Positions 8,753 through 18,984 are shown, numbered from the stretch's first letter. The stretch: 64,000 nt of DNA from Patescibacteria group bacterium (GCA_022703645.1 JAKLDG010000001.1:9328-73327); one strand, 5' to 3'. Made by a program: numbers and translations. Notes: generated by a model not told the origin, from the sequence alone.

Positions 8753-11218
8753 ATGAAGAGAGGGTTATATTGTTACATTGTTGCACTGTTTTTTATTTTC
8801 CAATTTTCAATATTTGGCATTTCAAGAGTGTCTGCTGCTTCTGCAAATCATCTTGTTATTTCGGAAGTTGCATCAGGTGTTGGTTCTTCCGGTAATGAAT
8901 TTGTCGAAATTTATAATCCTACCGGTTCGGATATCTTACTTGAAAATTTCAAACTTGCTTTAGTTTCCTCGAATAATACAAAGTCGAATAAAACTATTAC
9001 TTGGGTTTCCGAAAAAAAGATAAAAGCCTTCGGTTATTATCTATTTGCTGCAGGAGATGTTGGCGTGACAGCCGATGCGAATTTTTCTGCTCAGTTAACT
9101 AGCACCAGCGGGGTTATAATAACTGACATTTTGGGAAATACGATCGATATGGTTTCTTGGGGCGCAATCGCTCCTCCTTCCAATGCCGCTGAAGACGGCG
9201 GTATTATTTGTGATCTTGTTACAGGCAAAAGTCTGGAAAGAAAACCCGGAATTAGCGACCCGACAAAAGGAAATGCGGAAGATTCCGGCAATAATTCTAC
9301 TGATTTTTCGCCTCGTGATAATCCTGAACCACAAAATATCCATTCAGCAACCGAAGTTCCCGCGGATTATGTATTTCCAATAAATAATTCGCCATCGGTT
9401 GAATTAGGTGGAAATTTAACAGTATTTAAAGACACTGAGGTAGAATTTTCCTGTCCCAGTTGCGCCGATAGTGATGGTTTTATTACTAGTTATTCTTGGA
9501 ATTTCGGAGATGATTCGGCTCCACTCATCTCAGGCAATCCGACAGTTAGGCATACTTATACAACCTCCGCTGATTATACAGTTAGTTTAACGGTAACCGA
9601 TGACGATGGTGCCACCGCCACTGATTCGTTGGTTGTTTCAGCTGTTGAAATGCCGACGTATTCGAATAAAGTTATAATAAATGAATTCCTTCCGGCTCCT
9701 GGGAATACGACTGACTGGGATGGTGATGGAACAGCTGATAGCAATGATGAATGGATTGAATTGATCAATCTTGATGATATTCAAATAGATCTGGGCGGTT
9801 GGGTTCTGGACGATATTGAAAGCGGAGGATCTACTTCATATACAATTCCAGTTGGAACAAAAATAGACCCCGATGGGTTCAAAGTTTTTTATAAAAAAGA
9901 TACAGGGATAACGCTTAATAATACTGGCGACGATGTTACTCTCAAGAATCCGAATGGCGTGATAGTTGATCAAGTTACATTTACAAACGCGGCTACGGAC
10001 AAAAGTTTTTCATTGAGTTCAAATTCTTCCGATGGCAGCTGGGTTACAAATTATACACCAAGCCCGGGTAGATTAAATACGCCTCCAGCCAATAGCCCTC
10101 CGAACGCCAATGCTGGCATATCAATAACAAATGCGAAAACTGGCGAGACAGTGAATTTTAATGGCAGCGCGTCATCGGATTCAGATGGAACGATTGCAAG
10201 TTATGAATGGAATTTTGGTGATGGCTTGACCGGTTATGGGTCACAAGTCAGCCATACATATTCGACAGCAGGAAGCTATCAAGTTACTCTAACTGTACGC
10301 GATAATAATGGCGCAACAAGTACGTGTTCGATAAATGTCTCAGTAGTTCAGGGGGCTATCTCATATCAAAATCAATATAGTAGCGACATCAAGATTATTT
10401 CCATAATGCCGAACCCCGATGGGGTAGAGCCAGATAGCGAGTTTATAAAAGTTACTAATTCAGGTACGAGCGATATTAACCTGCGCAACTGGGTTCTCGA
10501 TGATGAGGAGGGTGGCAGCAAACCATTCATAATCGACTACGATCTCGTTTTAAAAGCAGGCAGTTCAATATCATTTTATGGGTCTGATACAAAAATATCC
10601 TTGAATAATGATGGTGATTCTGCACGCCTTTTTGACCCTGATAAGAAATTGGTTTCAAGTATTTCTTACACTGATAAAGCGGCAAAGGGAGTTCCTTACT
10701 TATTTGAAAACGGCAAGTGGATCTGGCAGGGATTAATTGATCAAGAAAACATTGAAATAATTAAACAAGAAAGCGAAAAATCAATTAATCAAATAAATCC
10801 GGGGGTTGTAGGATCAAACTTAAAACCGAATGTCACATCAATTGTTCCAAAAGAAAGCGTTAGTCAACCAGTAACCATACCAAAAAATGAAGCCACTTCC
10901 TCAATAAAAACTACACAGGAAGTTAGCGCATACGAACCAATAATTTTCAGTGAGGAAAAGCCAACAGTGAAATTGGTTTCAAACTTACAAAAACAAAAAA
11001 CAGCCCCAAATAGCACGGCTGATTTTGCGAGTAATTCGCAACCACAAAAAGAAAGTGCTAAACCGTATCAGAATCCTTATATAGTGGTTTCTTTTATGAT
11101 AGTTTTTTGCGGTGCAGTTCTAAAATTTATTATTCCATCCATCGGGCTTAAAAATTCTTTAATTAATTTTTTTAAAAACAGGGAAAAAACAGATAGTATA
11201 GAGAGTCTGTTTGAATAA
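8753..11218 (+). CDS. Cell-surface protein with three lamin-tail domains (LTD) and two PKD domains, signal peptide and C-terminal TM anchor
   Basis: 821 aa. LTD signatures LVISEVASG..EFVEIYNPT, VIINEFLPAPG..EWIELINL and IKIISIMPNPDG..EFIKVTNSG. PKD signatures YSWNFGDDS..YTVSLTVTDDDG and YEWNFGDGL..YQVTLTVRDNNG. Confidence 0.7.
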   Translation: MKRGLYCYIVALFFIFQFSIFGISRVSAASANHLVISEVASGVGSSGNEFVEIYNPTGSDILLENFKLALVSSNNTKSNKTITWVSEKKIKAFGYYLFAAGDVGVTADANFSAQLTSTSGVIITDILGNTIDMVSWGAIAPPSNAAEDGGIICDLVTGKSLERKPGISDPTKGNAEDSGNNSTDFSPRDNPEPQNIHSATEVPADYVFPINNSPSVELGGNLTVFKDTEVEFSCPSCADSDGFITSYSWNFGDDSAPLISGNPTVRHTYTTSADYTVSLTVTDDDGATATDSLVVSAVEMPTYSNKVIINEFLPAPGNTTDWDGDGTADSNDEWIELINLDDIQIDLGGWVLDDIESGGSTSYTIPVGTKIDPDGFKVFYKKDTGITLNNTGDDVTLKNPNGVIVDQVTFTNAATDKSFSLSSNSSDGSWVTNYTPSPGRLNTPPANSPPNANAGISITNAKTGETVNFNGSASSDSDGTIASYEWNFGDGLTGYGSQVSHTYSTAGSYQVTLTVRDNNGATSTCSINVSVVQGAISYQNQYSSDIKIISIMPNPDGVEPDSEFIKVTNSGTSDINLRNWVLDDEEGGSKPFIIDYDLVLKAGSSISFYGSDTKISLNNDGDSARLFDPDKKLVSSISYTDKAAKGVPYLFENGKWIWQGLIDQENIEIIKQESEKSINQINPGVVGSNLKPNVTSIVPKESVSQPVTIPKNEATSSIKTTQEVSAYEPIIFSEEKPTVKLVSNLQKQKTAPNSTADFASNSQPQKESAKPYQNPYIVVSFMIVFCGAVLKFIIPSIGLKNSLINFFKNREKTDSIESLFE

Positions 11219-11248
11219 AACAATAATTCTTAATCTTTTTTGTAAATT

Positions 11249-11272
11249 AAAAACTGCCTTTCGGCAGTTTTT
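11249..11272. terminator. Bidirectional hairpin terminator (AAAAACTGCC-TTTC-GGCAGTTTTT)
   Basis: Perfect stem flanked by A and T runs, between convergent genes. Confidence 0.6.
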
Positions 11273-11297
11273 AGATTTTGAATTTGTGGCTTCGAAT

Positions 11298-11612
11298 TTA
11301 ATCGATAAGTCCGAGCTTCCTTCTCATATTGTCAACGAACGCTTCTTCTCCGCCCTTATCCTTTAAGAGTCTATCGATTCTATCGCAGAGAATCTGGCTG
11401 TTCGCCATTGCTTCGAAAATGATATTCGAAGCTTTAACTCTATCCGTTTCAGAAAATGTGCTTTTTTCAAAAAGACCCAGAAGAATTTCGTTAGTGATTT
11501 CCGGATAAGCAAGATCAGCCGTTGCATTTGCTGAGTTTAGCAGGTCATCCCTCTTTATTTTTAAGGCATCCATATCGCCACTCCTTTCTAGATTGAAACT
11601 ATTATCCAACAA
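11298..11612 (-). CDS. Hypothetical protein (104 aa), downstream partner of an overlapping two-gene module
   Basis: ORF overlaps the upstream gene by 25 nt. No recognisable family. Confidence 0.4.
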   Translation of the reverse strand: MLDNSFNLERSGDMDALKIKRDDLLNSANATADLAYPEITNEILLGLFEKSTFSETDRVKASNIIFEAMANSQILCDRIDRLLKDKGGEEAFVDNMRRKLGLID

Positions 11613-12691
11613 GCCTCAATCATTTTTATTTTTTTACCCTGTAAGGCTGCGTACCTCTCTTTATCCATTTCTTTTTGAAAAGCTGTTCCAGATCTCAATC
11701 CCTGCAATGTATCGTAAATTGCGCGCCAATCATTTTTCAGTTTTTCGATATTAGAGCTGTATTTGTATTTTACCATATCATCATCATTAATGGGAAAGTA
11801 GGGTGTTTCAATCTTCTTAATTATAACACGTTGGTTTTTATTGTCAATATCTTTCTGCTTTTCTGACTTTATTTGACATAATACCAATTTCCCTCCTTTT
11901 TTTCTTCTAGCCACTAGGTCAATTTTATTTTCCTTATCAACTTTTTCTGTTGGGTATAAAATTTCAAATCCTGCGCTCTCAAAATTACTTGATATTTCGC
12001 GTATTCCTTCGATATTATTTATCAATCCTTCAATAATATGTTCTTGCGATTTTGCTAATTGCATTGCTTTTATTTCTTCTTGTGGTCCGACTCTGGATCG
12101 GAGCGGTTTTCCATTTGTCTCGAGATATTTGCAATACATTGGCAAAAAAGAATTGGCCGTAGTTCTTATTATATTAAGAAATCTTTGATATTTTGCTTCA
12201 TCCTCGCCAATATTGTTTCTGATAAATTTATTCATTTCTTTTGCAATTATCATATTACTATCAACATTTGTTTCCAAAACAACATTTGACATAGTCTCAA
12301 GGTGGTTCTTGCTATTATAAATTTTTCTGAGAAAATCAATATCAACTTGATTCAAAAAATATCTTAGGATGCTGCTTACAAGCTGTGGTTTGTTATCTCT
12401 TTTTTTATTACAAGATCGGATAATATTCTTTAACTCATCGCTTGATCTTATTAACTGATTTCGAAAATTTTCTTCTGATCCTAATATTTTATCCTGAGGA
12501 TATCTAAGAACGTTGAAAATATTTTTTGTCTCTACATTATTAAAGACATTCTCAATTTGAGGAAGGATCAAAGATTCCTTTCTGTAGAAATTTTCCAGAA
12601 TTTCAAAGACATTATTATCTTTAAGGGGTTCGTTTAATATATCTTTTCTTTGTAGGTATTCAGGGTTTATCGAAAATTTCATATTTGGCAC
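11588..12691 (-). CDS. Hypothetical protein (367 aa) with a possible C-terminal PD-(D/E)xK-like nuclease signature
   Basis: Long clean ORF. C-terminal KIDLVARRKKGGKLVLCQIKSEK resembles a D...(E/Q)xK nuclease motif; weak. Confidence 0.45.
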   Translation of the reverse strand: MPNMKFSINPEYLQRKDILNEPLKDNNVFEILENFYRKESLILPQIENVFNNVETKNIFNVLRYPQDKILGSEENFRNQLIRSSDELKNIIRSCNKKRDNKPQLVSSILRYFLNQVDIDFLRKIYNSKNHLETMSNVVLETNVDSNMIIAKEMNKFIRNNIGEDEAKYQRFLNIIRTTANSFLPMYCKYLETNGKPLRSRVGPQEEIKAMQLAKSQEHIIEGLINNIEGIREISSNFESAGFEILYPTEKVDKENKIDLVARRKKGGKLVLCQIKSEKQKDIDNKNQRVIIKKIETPYFPINDDDMVKYKYSSNIEKLKNDWRAIYDTLQGLRSGTAFQKEMDKERYAALQGKKIKMIEACWIIVSI

Positions 12692-12788
12692 TTAGATTTT
12701 ATTAGTACTTTTTTATAATAGCGTTTATTAGTAAACCTTCAATATTATTTTTCAATTTGTTTGAAGGCGGTCTATCTAATTTAGTCAT

Positions 12789-14264
12789 TTAGTGTTCTTT
12801 TTTCGCGATTCCGAGAGCAACGCGGATTTTCGATCTGGCACCCGCAGTTTTGGCGATATCAAGCCAGTCTTTCGAAGGTTTGCGATTTTTCATTGTGATA
12901 ATCTCTACGACATCCCAGTTTTTCAGCGGGGTGTCGAGTGACTTCATTTTTTCATTGATCTTGACACCCGTACAATGATTTCCGATATCGGTATGGACAG
13001 AATATGCAAAATCAATCGGTGTTGCTCCTTCGGGAAGATTGATCACCTCTCCTTTCGGAGTAAATACAAATATTCTGTCTTTAAAAAAATCAATTTTAAG
13101 TGATTGAATAAATTCATCACCTCCACCGGCAATTTTCCCTTGCCAGTCTTTCAACTGGCTAACCCAAGCGTATTTTCCTTGTTTTACAATAACACCTGAT
13201 TCAGGCTTGCCCTGCTCGCTATATGCCCAGTGCGCGGCGATGCCATTTTCCGCTTCCTCGTGCATTTTAACCGTTCTAATTTGGATTTCAACAATTCTGC
13301 CTTCGGTGGTAAAAACGGTGGTGTGAATACTCTGATAACCGTTTGGTTTTGGTATGGCAATATAATCCTTGATTCTGCCGGGAAGTGGTTTCCAGATTCT
13401 ATGAATTACTCCAAGCACTGTATAACATTCTTCAACGGTGTTCATAACAACACGCATTGCGGCAAGGTCATAAATTTTTTTTATATTTCCGTCGTATTCT
13501 GGTCTTTGCAATTTTCTCCAAAGACTATAGAGATGCTTGGTTCGCGCGTGTACAGAAAAAGGAGTGAGACCTTCTTTTTTTATTTCAGAGATTAGATATG
13601 GTTTAATTTTCTCCAAGTACCCTTTAATTATTTTGAACTGGTCTCCCGTTTCGGAAACCAATTTTCGGTACTGGTCCGGATAAACATAAGGAAAACAAAG
13701 ATCTTCGAGAATTCCTCTCAGTTCTCCCATTCCCAGTCGGTAGGAGAGAGGCGCATAAATTTCGAGGGTTTCAGTAGCGATTCTTTTCTGCTTTTCTTTC
13801 GGTAGGAAATTGAGCGTCTGCATATTATGCAATCTGTCAGCCAGTTTAATAATCACAACACGGATATCCTGTGCCATTGCGATAAACATTTTTCGCAAGT
13901 TTTCCGTTTGCGACTCTTGTTCGCGTCCTCGATATTTAATTTTTCCCAGTTTGGTAACTCCTTCAACAAGAAAACCAACATGTTTATTAAATTCTTTTTC
14001 CAAATCTTCGGTAGTGGTGATAGTATCCTCTACTACGTCATGAAGAAATCCTGCTTCTATCGTTTCAAAATCAAGCCCCCAAATGAGAAGTTGCAAAGCA
14101 GTTTTGTAGGCATGGTTGAAATATGGTTCGCCGCTTAATCTTTTCTGATTGCCATGAGCTTTTTTGGCAAATTCAAAAGCCTTTGAGATTCCAGCTCTCT
14201 CTTCATCTGTTAAATCACGGGGTGAATTTTTGAAAAAATTTTCCAAATTTAATTCTTCTTCCAT
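12789..14264 (-). CDS. rel: RelA/SpoT-family bifunctional (p)ppGpp synthetase/hydrolase (short form)
   Basis: 491 aa. HD hydrolase motif (HDVVEDT), synthetase domain and a TGS-like C-terminus; lacks long regulatory C-terminal domains. Confidence 0.85.
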   Translation of the reverse strand: MEEELNLENFFKNSPRDLTDEERAGISKAFEFAKKAHGNQKRLSGEPYFNHAYKTALQLLIWGLDFETIEAGFLHDVVEDTITTTEDLEKEFNKHVGFLVEGVTKLGKIKYRGREQESQTENLRKMFIAMAQDIRVVIIKLADRLHNMQTLNFLPKEKQKRIATETLEIYAPLSYRLGMGELRGILEDLCFPYVYPDQYRKLVSETGDQFKIIKGYLEKIKPYLISEIKKEGLTPFSVHARTKHLYSLWRKLQRPEYDGNIKKIYDLAAMRVVMNTVEECYTVLGVIHRIWKPLPGRIKDYIAIPKPNGYQSIHTTVFTTEGRIVEIQIRTVKMHEEAENGIAAHWAYSEQGKPESGVIVKQGKYAWVSQLKDWQGKIAGGGDEFIQSLKIDFFKDRIFVFTPKGEVINLPEGATPIDFAYSVHTDIGNHCTGVKINEKMKSLDTPLKNWDVVEIITMKNRKPSKDWLDIAKTAGARSKIRVALGIAKKEH

Positions 14265-14340
14265 GCGTCAATTATACCATTTATATACACTTTTCAAAAC
14301 CTATTTGATTTTATATTCATAAAATACGATAATATCCTTA

Positions 14341-14892
14341 ATGATAAAAAAACTAATCCTATTTTTGGTTTTTGTTGTTATCGCTGTGATCACGATTTTG
14401 TATTTTATTTTCCCAAGTTTTATTTACGAAAAAGTGATGGAGTACCGCTACCCTATTAATTATCGGGATTTTATTGAGCAAGATGCAAAAGACTTTTCAC
14501 TCGATCCAGCTTTGGTTTCCGCAGTTATATTCGAAGAAAGCAGGTTTCGGGAGAGTTCTAGTTCGGATAAAGGCGCAGTAGGGCTAATGCAGCTGCTGCC
14601 GGATACAGCGGATTATATTGCCGGTAAGATCGAGGGTCAGCGGTTTGATTCTCGCAACCTCAATGATCCGGAAAAAAATATTCGTTACGGTTGCTACTAC
14701 TTGAACTACTTGAACAAAAAATATGGCGACCTTGAAAAAGTCCTTGCGGCTTATAATGCAGGAGAGGGCAATGTCGATCAGTGGATTGCGGAAGGAGATT
14801 ATGCTGTGAAATTTAAAGAAACAAAAGATTTTGTTGAGAAGGTAAAAAGAACAAAGAATATTTATAACAAATTATATTTTGATAAGAAGTAG
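14341..14892 (+). CDS. Lytic transglycosylase (SLT domain), membrane-anchored
   Basis: 183 aa. N-terminal TM helix; SLT motifs ES..S.KGAVGLMQLLP and AYNAGEGNV. Confidence 0.7.
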   Translation: MIKKLILFLVFVVIAVITILYFIFPSFIYEKVMEYRYPINYRDFIEQDAKDFSLDPALVSAVIFEESRFRESSSSDKGAVGLMQLLPDTADYIAGKIEGQRFDSRNLNDPEKNIRYGCYYLNYLNKKYGDLEKVLAAYNAGEGNVDQWIAEGDYAVKFKETKDFVEKVKRTKNIYNKLYFDKK

Positions 14893-14956
14893 ACGATTTG
14901 CAATTATTCGAGATTAATATATAATTGGTTTGGTTTATTAAATAATAAAAACATTT

Positions 14957-15217
14957 ATGCAAAATAAGTTAAACGCGAATGCTTTAGGTTTGGCTTTGGG
15001 GGCTGTTATGGGTATAGTAGTTGCTGTTATTACGCTGCTTAATTTTTGGTGGGGGTATGCAAATTCATTCACAAATCTTCTGAAGGATATTTATTCATTC
15101 GGATATAGCGTATCTTATTTAGGTGCTTTAATTGGGTTGATTTTTGGTTTTGTCGGAGGTTATATTGTTGGGGGTCTTACAGGGTTGCTTTATAATAAAT
15201 TTATTAAACAAAAATAA
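14957..15217 (+). CDS. Small hypothetical membrane protein
   Basis: 86 aa with two predicted TM helices (Gly-zipper-like). Confidence 0.4.
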   Translation: MQNKLNANALGLALGAVMGIVVAVITLLNFWWGYANSFTNLLKDIYSFGYSVSYLGALIGLIFGFVGGYIVGGLTGLLYNKFIKQK

Positions 15218-15313
15218 TTTTAACGCGAATTTTCGCGAATTATTTATAAATTAAAATTAAAGAAGATCGTTAATTTCTCAAATTGGGAAGGCGATTAAGG
15301 AAAGGGCAAAAAC

Positions 15314-15718
15314 ATGAAAGTTTTAATCAATGAAAATTGTATCAATTGCGGCCACTGTTATACCGAAGTTGATACTGCGGGTGTAGTTTTCAAAGAAGGT
15401 GATGGGGTAGCTGTCGTAGTCGAAGGAGCAGATTTTGCAGCAAACAAGGAAATGATTCAAAAGGCTGTCGATGAATGTCCAGTGGCTGCTATTGAGATGG
15501 TTGATGAGGGTGTTGCGGTTGAAGATTCATCAGAGCCAGAGATTCCAGTGGAAAGCGCTCCAGAGATGGTTTCGCAGCCTTTAGTTGAGCCAGCTCCAGT
15601 AATGGCGCAAAGCCCAGCAGGTGACGATCTGGCTGTATCAAGCGAACCGGCTCCCGAGCCAATTCCAGCGCAGGAAGAATCCACGATGCCTGTCGATGAT
15701 GAAATACCTTTGGGATAA
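15314..15718 (+). CDS. Ferredoxin-like protein with an acidic Pro/Glu-rich tail
   Basis: N-terminal CINCGHCY and CPVAAIEM Cys motifs; C-terminal PEPxPxE-rich low-complexity tail. Confidence 0.55.
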   Translation: MKVLINENCINCGHCYTEVDTAGVVFKEGDGVAVVVEGADFAANKEMIQKAVDECPVAAIEMVDEGVAVEDSSEPEIPVESAPEMVSQPLVEPAPVMAQSPAGDDLAVSSEPAPEPIPAQEESTMPVDDEIPLG

Positions 15719-15761
15719 GCATCAAATAAGCAAGAAAACAAGAAACCAAGAAAACAAAATA

Positions 15762-15795
15762 ATAGGGGTTGACAAAAAGCCCCTATTTTGTTTCC
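15762..15795 (+). terminator. Rho-independent terminator after the ferredoxin gene
   Basis: ATAGGGG-loop-CCCCTAT followed by TTTGTTT. Confidence 0.5.
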
Positions 15796-15902
15796 GTATT
15801 TTATTACTTTACAGAATTCGATAACAAGACTATTATATAACTGTGGGTATTGTAATACTCATAATTTATTGTTTTTTCGTGTTATATTAGTAATTTTTTG
15901 TC

Positions 15903-16334
15903 ATGCTTTATTTAGCAAGTGATCACGCTGGTTATCGTCTCAAAGAAATCGCTAAACAATTCCTTGATTTTCTCGAAACTGAATATACCGATCTTGGTAC
16001 AGATAATGATGAAACACCCGTAGATTATCCTGATTATGCCAAAAAACTGGTAAAGAAAATGAATGGAAAAAAAGACCGCGGGATACTCTTTTGTGGTACT
16101 GGAAGCGGTATGTGTATTATGGCCAATCGCTATAAAGGAATCAGAGCGGTTGTGGGGAATAATGAACACGAAGTGCTGTTGGGCAGAAGCCATAATGATG
16201 TGAATGTTTTGTGTCTCGGAGGACGCCTTACAGGAGAAAACGCTGCCAAGAAAATGATTAAGATATTTCTAGATACCCCATTTTCCGGAGAGGCTAGACA
16301 TAAAAGAAGAATAAAAAAACTCGATTTAAAATAA
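15903..16334 (+). CDS. rpiB: Ribose-5-phosphate isomerase B
   Basis: 143 aa. LASDHAGY and CGTGSGMCIMANRYKGIRA motifs of the RpiB/LacAB family. Confidence 0.85.
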   Translation: MLYLASDHAGYRLKEIAKQFLDFLETEYTDLGTDNDETPVDYPDYAKKLVKKMNGKKDRGILFCGTGSGMCIMANRYKGIRAVVGNNEHEVLLGRSHNDVNVLCLGGRLTGENAAKKMIKIFLDTPFSGEARHKRRIKKLDLK

Positions 16335-16374
16335 AAACCGCTAATTATCTCTAATTAAGGCGAACCATATTTAT

Positions 16375-17010
16375 ATGAAAAAAATACTACCTGCAATATT
16401 GGCAAGCACTATAGAAGAGTTCAGCCAGAAGTTGAGCGTTTTATCTAGTTTTTCGAAGGAAATTCAGATAGATATTACTGATGGTACTTTCGTGAATAGT
16501 AAAACGGTGGAGTTGGTTGAAATAAAAGAGTTGCCCAAAGACATAGAATTTGAATTACATTTGATGGTTAGCGATCCTTTGGAATACATGTCTCATATAA
16601 AAAGGTTAGGTATAAAAAGAGTGGTGTTCCATAATGAAATTGATAAATCTACGATGGAGGTTGTTGATGCTTTAAAAAAGGAAGGTATTACAGTAGTTTT
16701 GGCGCTCAACCCACATTCAGATATCCCAACGCTTAAAGATTACGTTCCGCATGTAGATGGTTTGCTTCTAATGTCGGTTGCTCCGGGGTTTGGAGGGCAA
16801 GAGTTAATACCTTCAGTTTTGGAAAAAGCAAAAATTTTAAGATCCCGATACCCAGAGATTTTAATTGAAATGGACGGAGGAATAAAGAAAGAGAATCTCG
16901 TCAAAGTATATGAGGCAGGAGTAAATATAGCAGTTATTGGCAGCGGAATTCTAAAGGTGGCTGATCCTAAAAAAGAGTGGGAAGAATTTCAGAAAATTTC
17001 AAATACTTAA
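16375..17010 (+). CDS. rpe: Ribulose-phosphate 3-epimerase
   Basis: 211 aa TIM-barrel; ILPAILAS, HLMV and MSVAPGFGGQ motifs. Confidence 0.85.
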   Translation: MKKILPAILASTIEEFSQKLSVLSSFSKEIQIDITDGTFVNSKTVELVEIKELPKDIEFELHLMVSDPLEYMSHIKRLGIKRVVFHNEIDKSTMEVVDALKKEGITVVLALNPHSDIPTLKDYVPHVDGLLLMSVAPGFGGQELIPSVLEKAKILRSRYPEILIEMDGGIKKENLVKVYEAGVNIAVIGSGILKVADPKKEWEEFQKISNT

Positions 17011-17016
17011 AGTCCT

Positions 17017-17835
17017 ATGGACAAAACACAAATAGAAAGATTACAACAAAAAGCTTTGCTTATCCGCCGAGACCTAACAGAAATGTTATTCCGATCTGCC
17101 TCGGGTCATTGGGGTGGTTCTCTCGGGTTAGCTGATGTTTTTACAGTTCTATTTTTTGGTGGAATTCTCAGATACAATGCGAAAAAACCGGAAGCGAAAG
17201 ACCGCGACCGATTTATTTTATCAAATGGTCATATTGCGCCACTTTATTATACCGTTTTAGAACACGCTGGTTTTTTTGGTGACAAAAAACCTGCACTGCG
17301 CAAAATCGGTTCCCCTCTTCAAGGACATCCGAGCCACACGCATCTTGCAGTGGTAGAAACCTCTACGGGACCTCTTGGACAAGGAGTGGGAGTAGCAGTT
17401 GGCAAAGCTATAGCTCTGAAAATGCAGGGAAGTTCTGCGCGAGTTTTTTGTATCACTTCTGATGGGGAACACGAAGAGGGTTCAACTTGGGAAGCGGTCG
17501 CATCTGCGGGGAAATACAGACTTGATAATCTCATTTATATTCTTGATCGCAATCATGTACAAATCAGCGGTACTACTGAAGATGTTGGCAATCTTGGCAA
17601 TATTGGCGCCAGGTATCGCGATCTTGGCTGGGAAGTATTAGAAGTAAATGGTCATGATATTGGGAAACTTTTGAGGCTTTTTGATTCATTTAAATACAAA
17701 AGCAGAAAACCGCGGATTGTGATTGCCAGAACAATAATGGGCAAAGGGGTAAAGCAAATAGAAAACGACTACCATTATCATGGGAAGGCTCCAAGCGAGA
17801 AAGAATACCTGATGGCAATGGCGGAACTGAAATAG
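17017..17835 (+). CDS. Transketolase, N-terminal (thiamine-pyrophosphate-binding) subunit
   Basis: 272 aa. GHWGGSLG, LSNGH and ITSDGEHEEG motifs of the transketolase N-terminal section. Confidence 0.85.
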   Translation: MDKTQIERLQQKALLIRRDLTEMLFRSASGHWGGSLGLADVFTVLFFGGILRYNAKKPEAKDRDRFILSNGHIAPLYYTVLEHAGFFGDKKPALRKIGSPLQGHPSHTHLAVVETSTGPLGQGVGVAVGKAIALKMQGSSARVFCITSDGEHEEGSTWEAVASAGKYRLDNLIYILDRNHVQISGTTEDVGNLGNIGARYRDLGWEVLEVNGHDIGKLLRLFDSFKYKSRKPRIVIARTIMGKGVKQIENDYHYHGKAPSEKEYLMAMAELK

Positions 17836-17870
17836 AATATAGAATCTTGAATTTAGAATAACGAATAATG
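17836..17870. repeat. Short intergenic repeat family 3 (AATAGAATCTTGAATTTAGAATAACGAATAATG), directly after the tktN stop
   Basis: Homologous to 21915-21955, which follows the trxB stop. Confidence 0.5.
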
Positions 17871-18980
17871 ATATTAATGAAGAAGAAGGTATTAAAGAAA
17901 ACTAATAAAAATAAAATCGCATTTGCAAAAATGCATAAAAAGGCGAGAAAAAACGCCACTGCTTTTATTGATAAATCGAAGACGAAAATTAATAAAGAAA
18001 TTGCCAAAAGGAATGTAGCAAAGAAGACGGCTAAGGGTAAAACCAATAAGAGGGTTTTTATTGAAAATAGCACAGGTAACCTTTTGGTTTGGAGTGGTTA
18101 CATTGGTTTGGGAATTTTAATTACCGCCGTTCTGGTCTTGGTATCAGGAAGCGCTAAAAATTTAAAAACGAAGGCAGCATCGAATGACAACGCGAACCCG
18201 CAATTTCAAGAAAAGGAAAAGCCTGTTCATATAGTAAAATCGACTGAAATCGAGCCTTTTGATTTTACAAAAGTAGATCTGGAAAAAATTGAATTTAACA
18301 AAAAATTGCCGATTCTGATGTATCATTATATTGAACCGATTGATCCATCGCAAAGCAGATTGCGCCAAAATCTTACAGTGAGCCCGGAAAAATTTGAAGA
18401 GCAGATGAAATGGTTGTCTGAAAACGGATTTACCACAATGACGCTCACAGATTATTTCAGTAAAATTGCGGAGGGGAAAGAGCTGCCAGCAAAACCGGTC
18501 TTATTAACATTTGATGACGGTTACAGAAATTTTTATCTGAATGCTGCGCCGATATTAAATAAATATAGTCAGAAAGCTACAACCTTTATTATTTCCGGTT
18601 CGGTAGGGTATCCTGCCTATATGACATGGGATATGATAAGAGAGCTATACAAACAGGGTTATGAGTTTGGTTCACATTCGGTCAGCCACGCAAATCTGAA
18701 AAGCTTGAAAGAAAGCAAGCTCGAAGAAGAATTGCAAGATTCCAAATGGGAAATTGAAAAAGAAATTGGCGGACCGGTAAATTTCATGTGTTATCCGAGC
18801 GGATTTTTTGATTCACGAGTCATCAATGCAACTAGAACTGCGCAATACAAAGGCGCGGTAACCACCGGTAGTGGAATGGATGTATCAAATAAAAATATTT
18901 TTGAAATGTATCGTTACAGAATTTCTGATGGTATGGGGATTGATAGGTTTGCCTGGACGGTAAATCAAGCATATCAATAA
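17868..18980 (+). CDS. Polysaccharide deacetylase (NodB homology domain) with a lysine-rich N-terminal tail and a TM helix
   Basis: 370 aa. LLTFDDGY and HSVSH NodB motifs; highly basic N-terminal segment of about 60 aa. Confidence 0.75.
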   Translation: MILMKKKVLKKTNKNKIAFAKMHKKARKNATAFIDKSKTKINKEIAKRNVAKKTAKGKTNKRVFIENSTGNLLVWSGYIGLGILITAVLVLVSGSAKNLKTKAASNDNANPQFQEKEKPVHIVKSTEIEPFDFTKVDLEKIEFNKKLPILMYHYIEPIDPSQSRLRQNLTVSPEKFEEQMKWLSENGFTTMTLTDYFSKIAEGKELPAKPVLLTFDDGYRNFYLNAAPILNKYSQKATTFIISGSVGYPAYMTWDMIRELYKQGYEFGSHSVSHANLKSLKESKLEEELQDSKWEIEKEIGGPVNFMCYPSGFFDSRVINATRTAQYKGAVTTGSGMDVSNKNIFEMYRYRISDGMGIDRFAWTVNQAYQ

Positions 18981-18984
18981 AATT

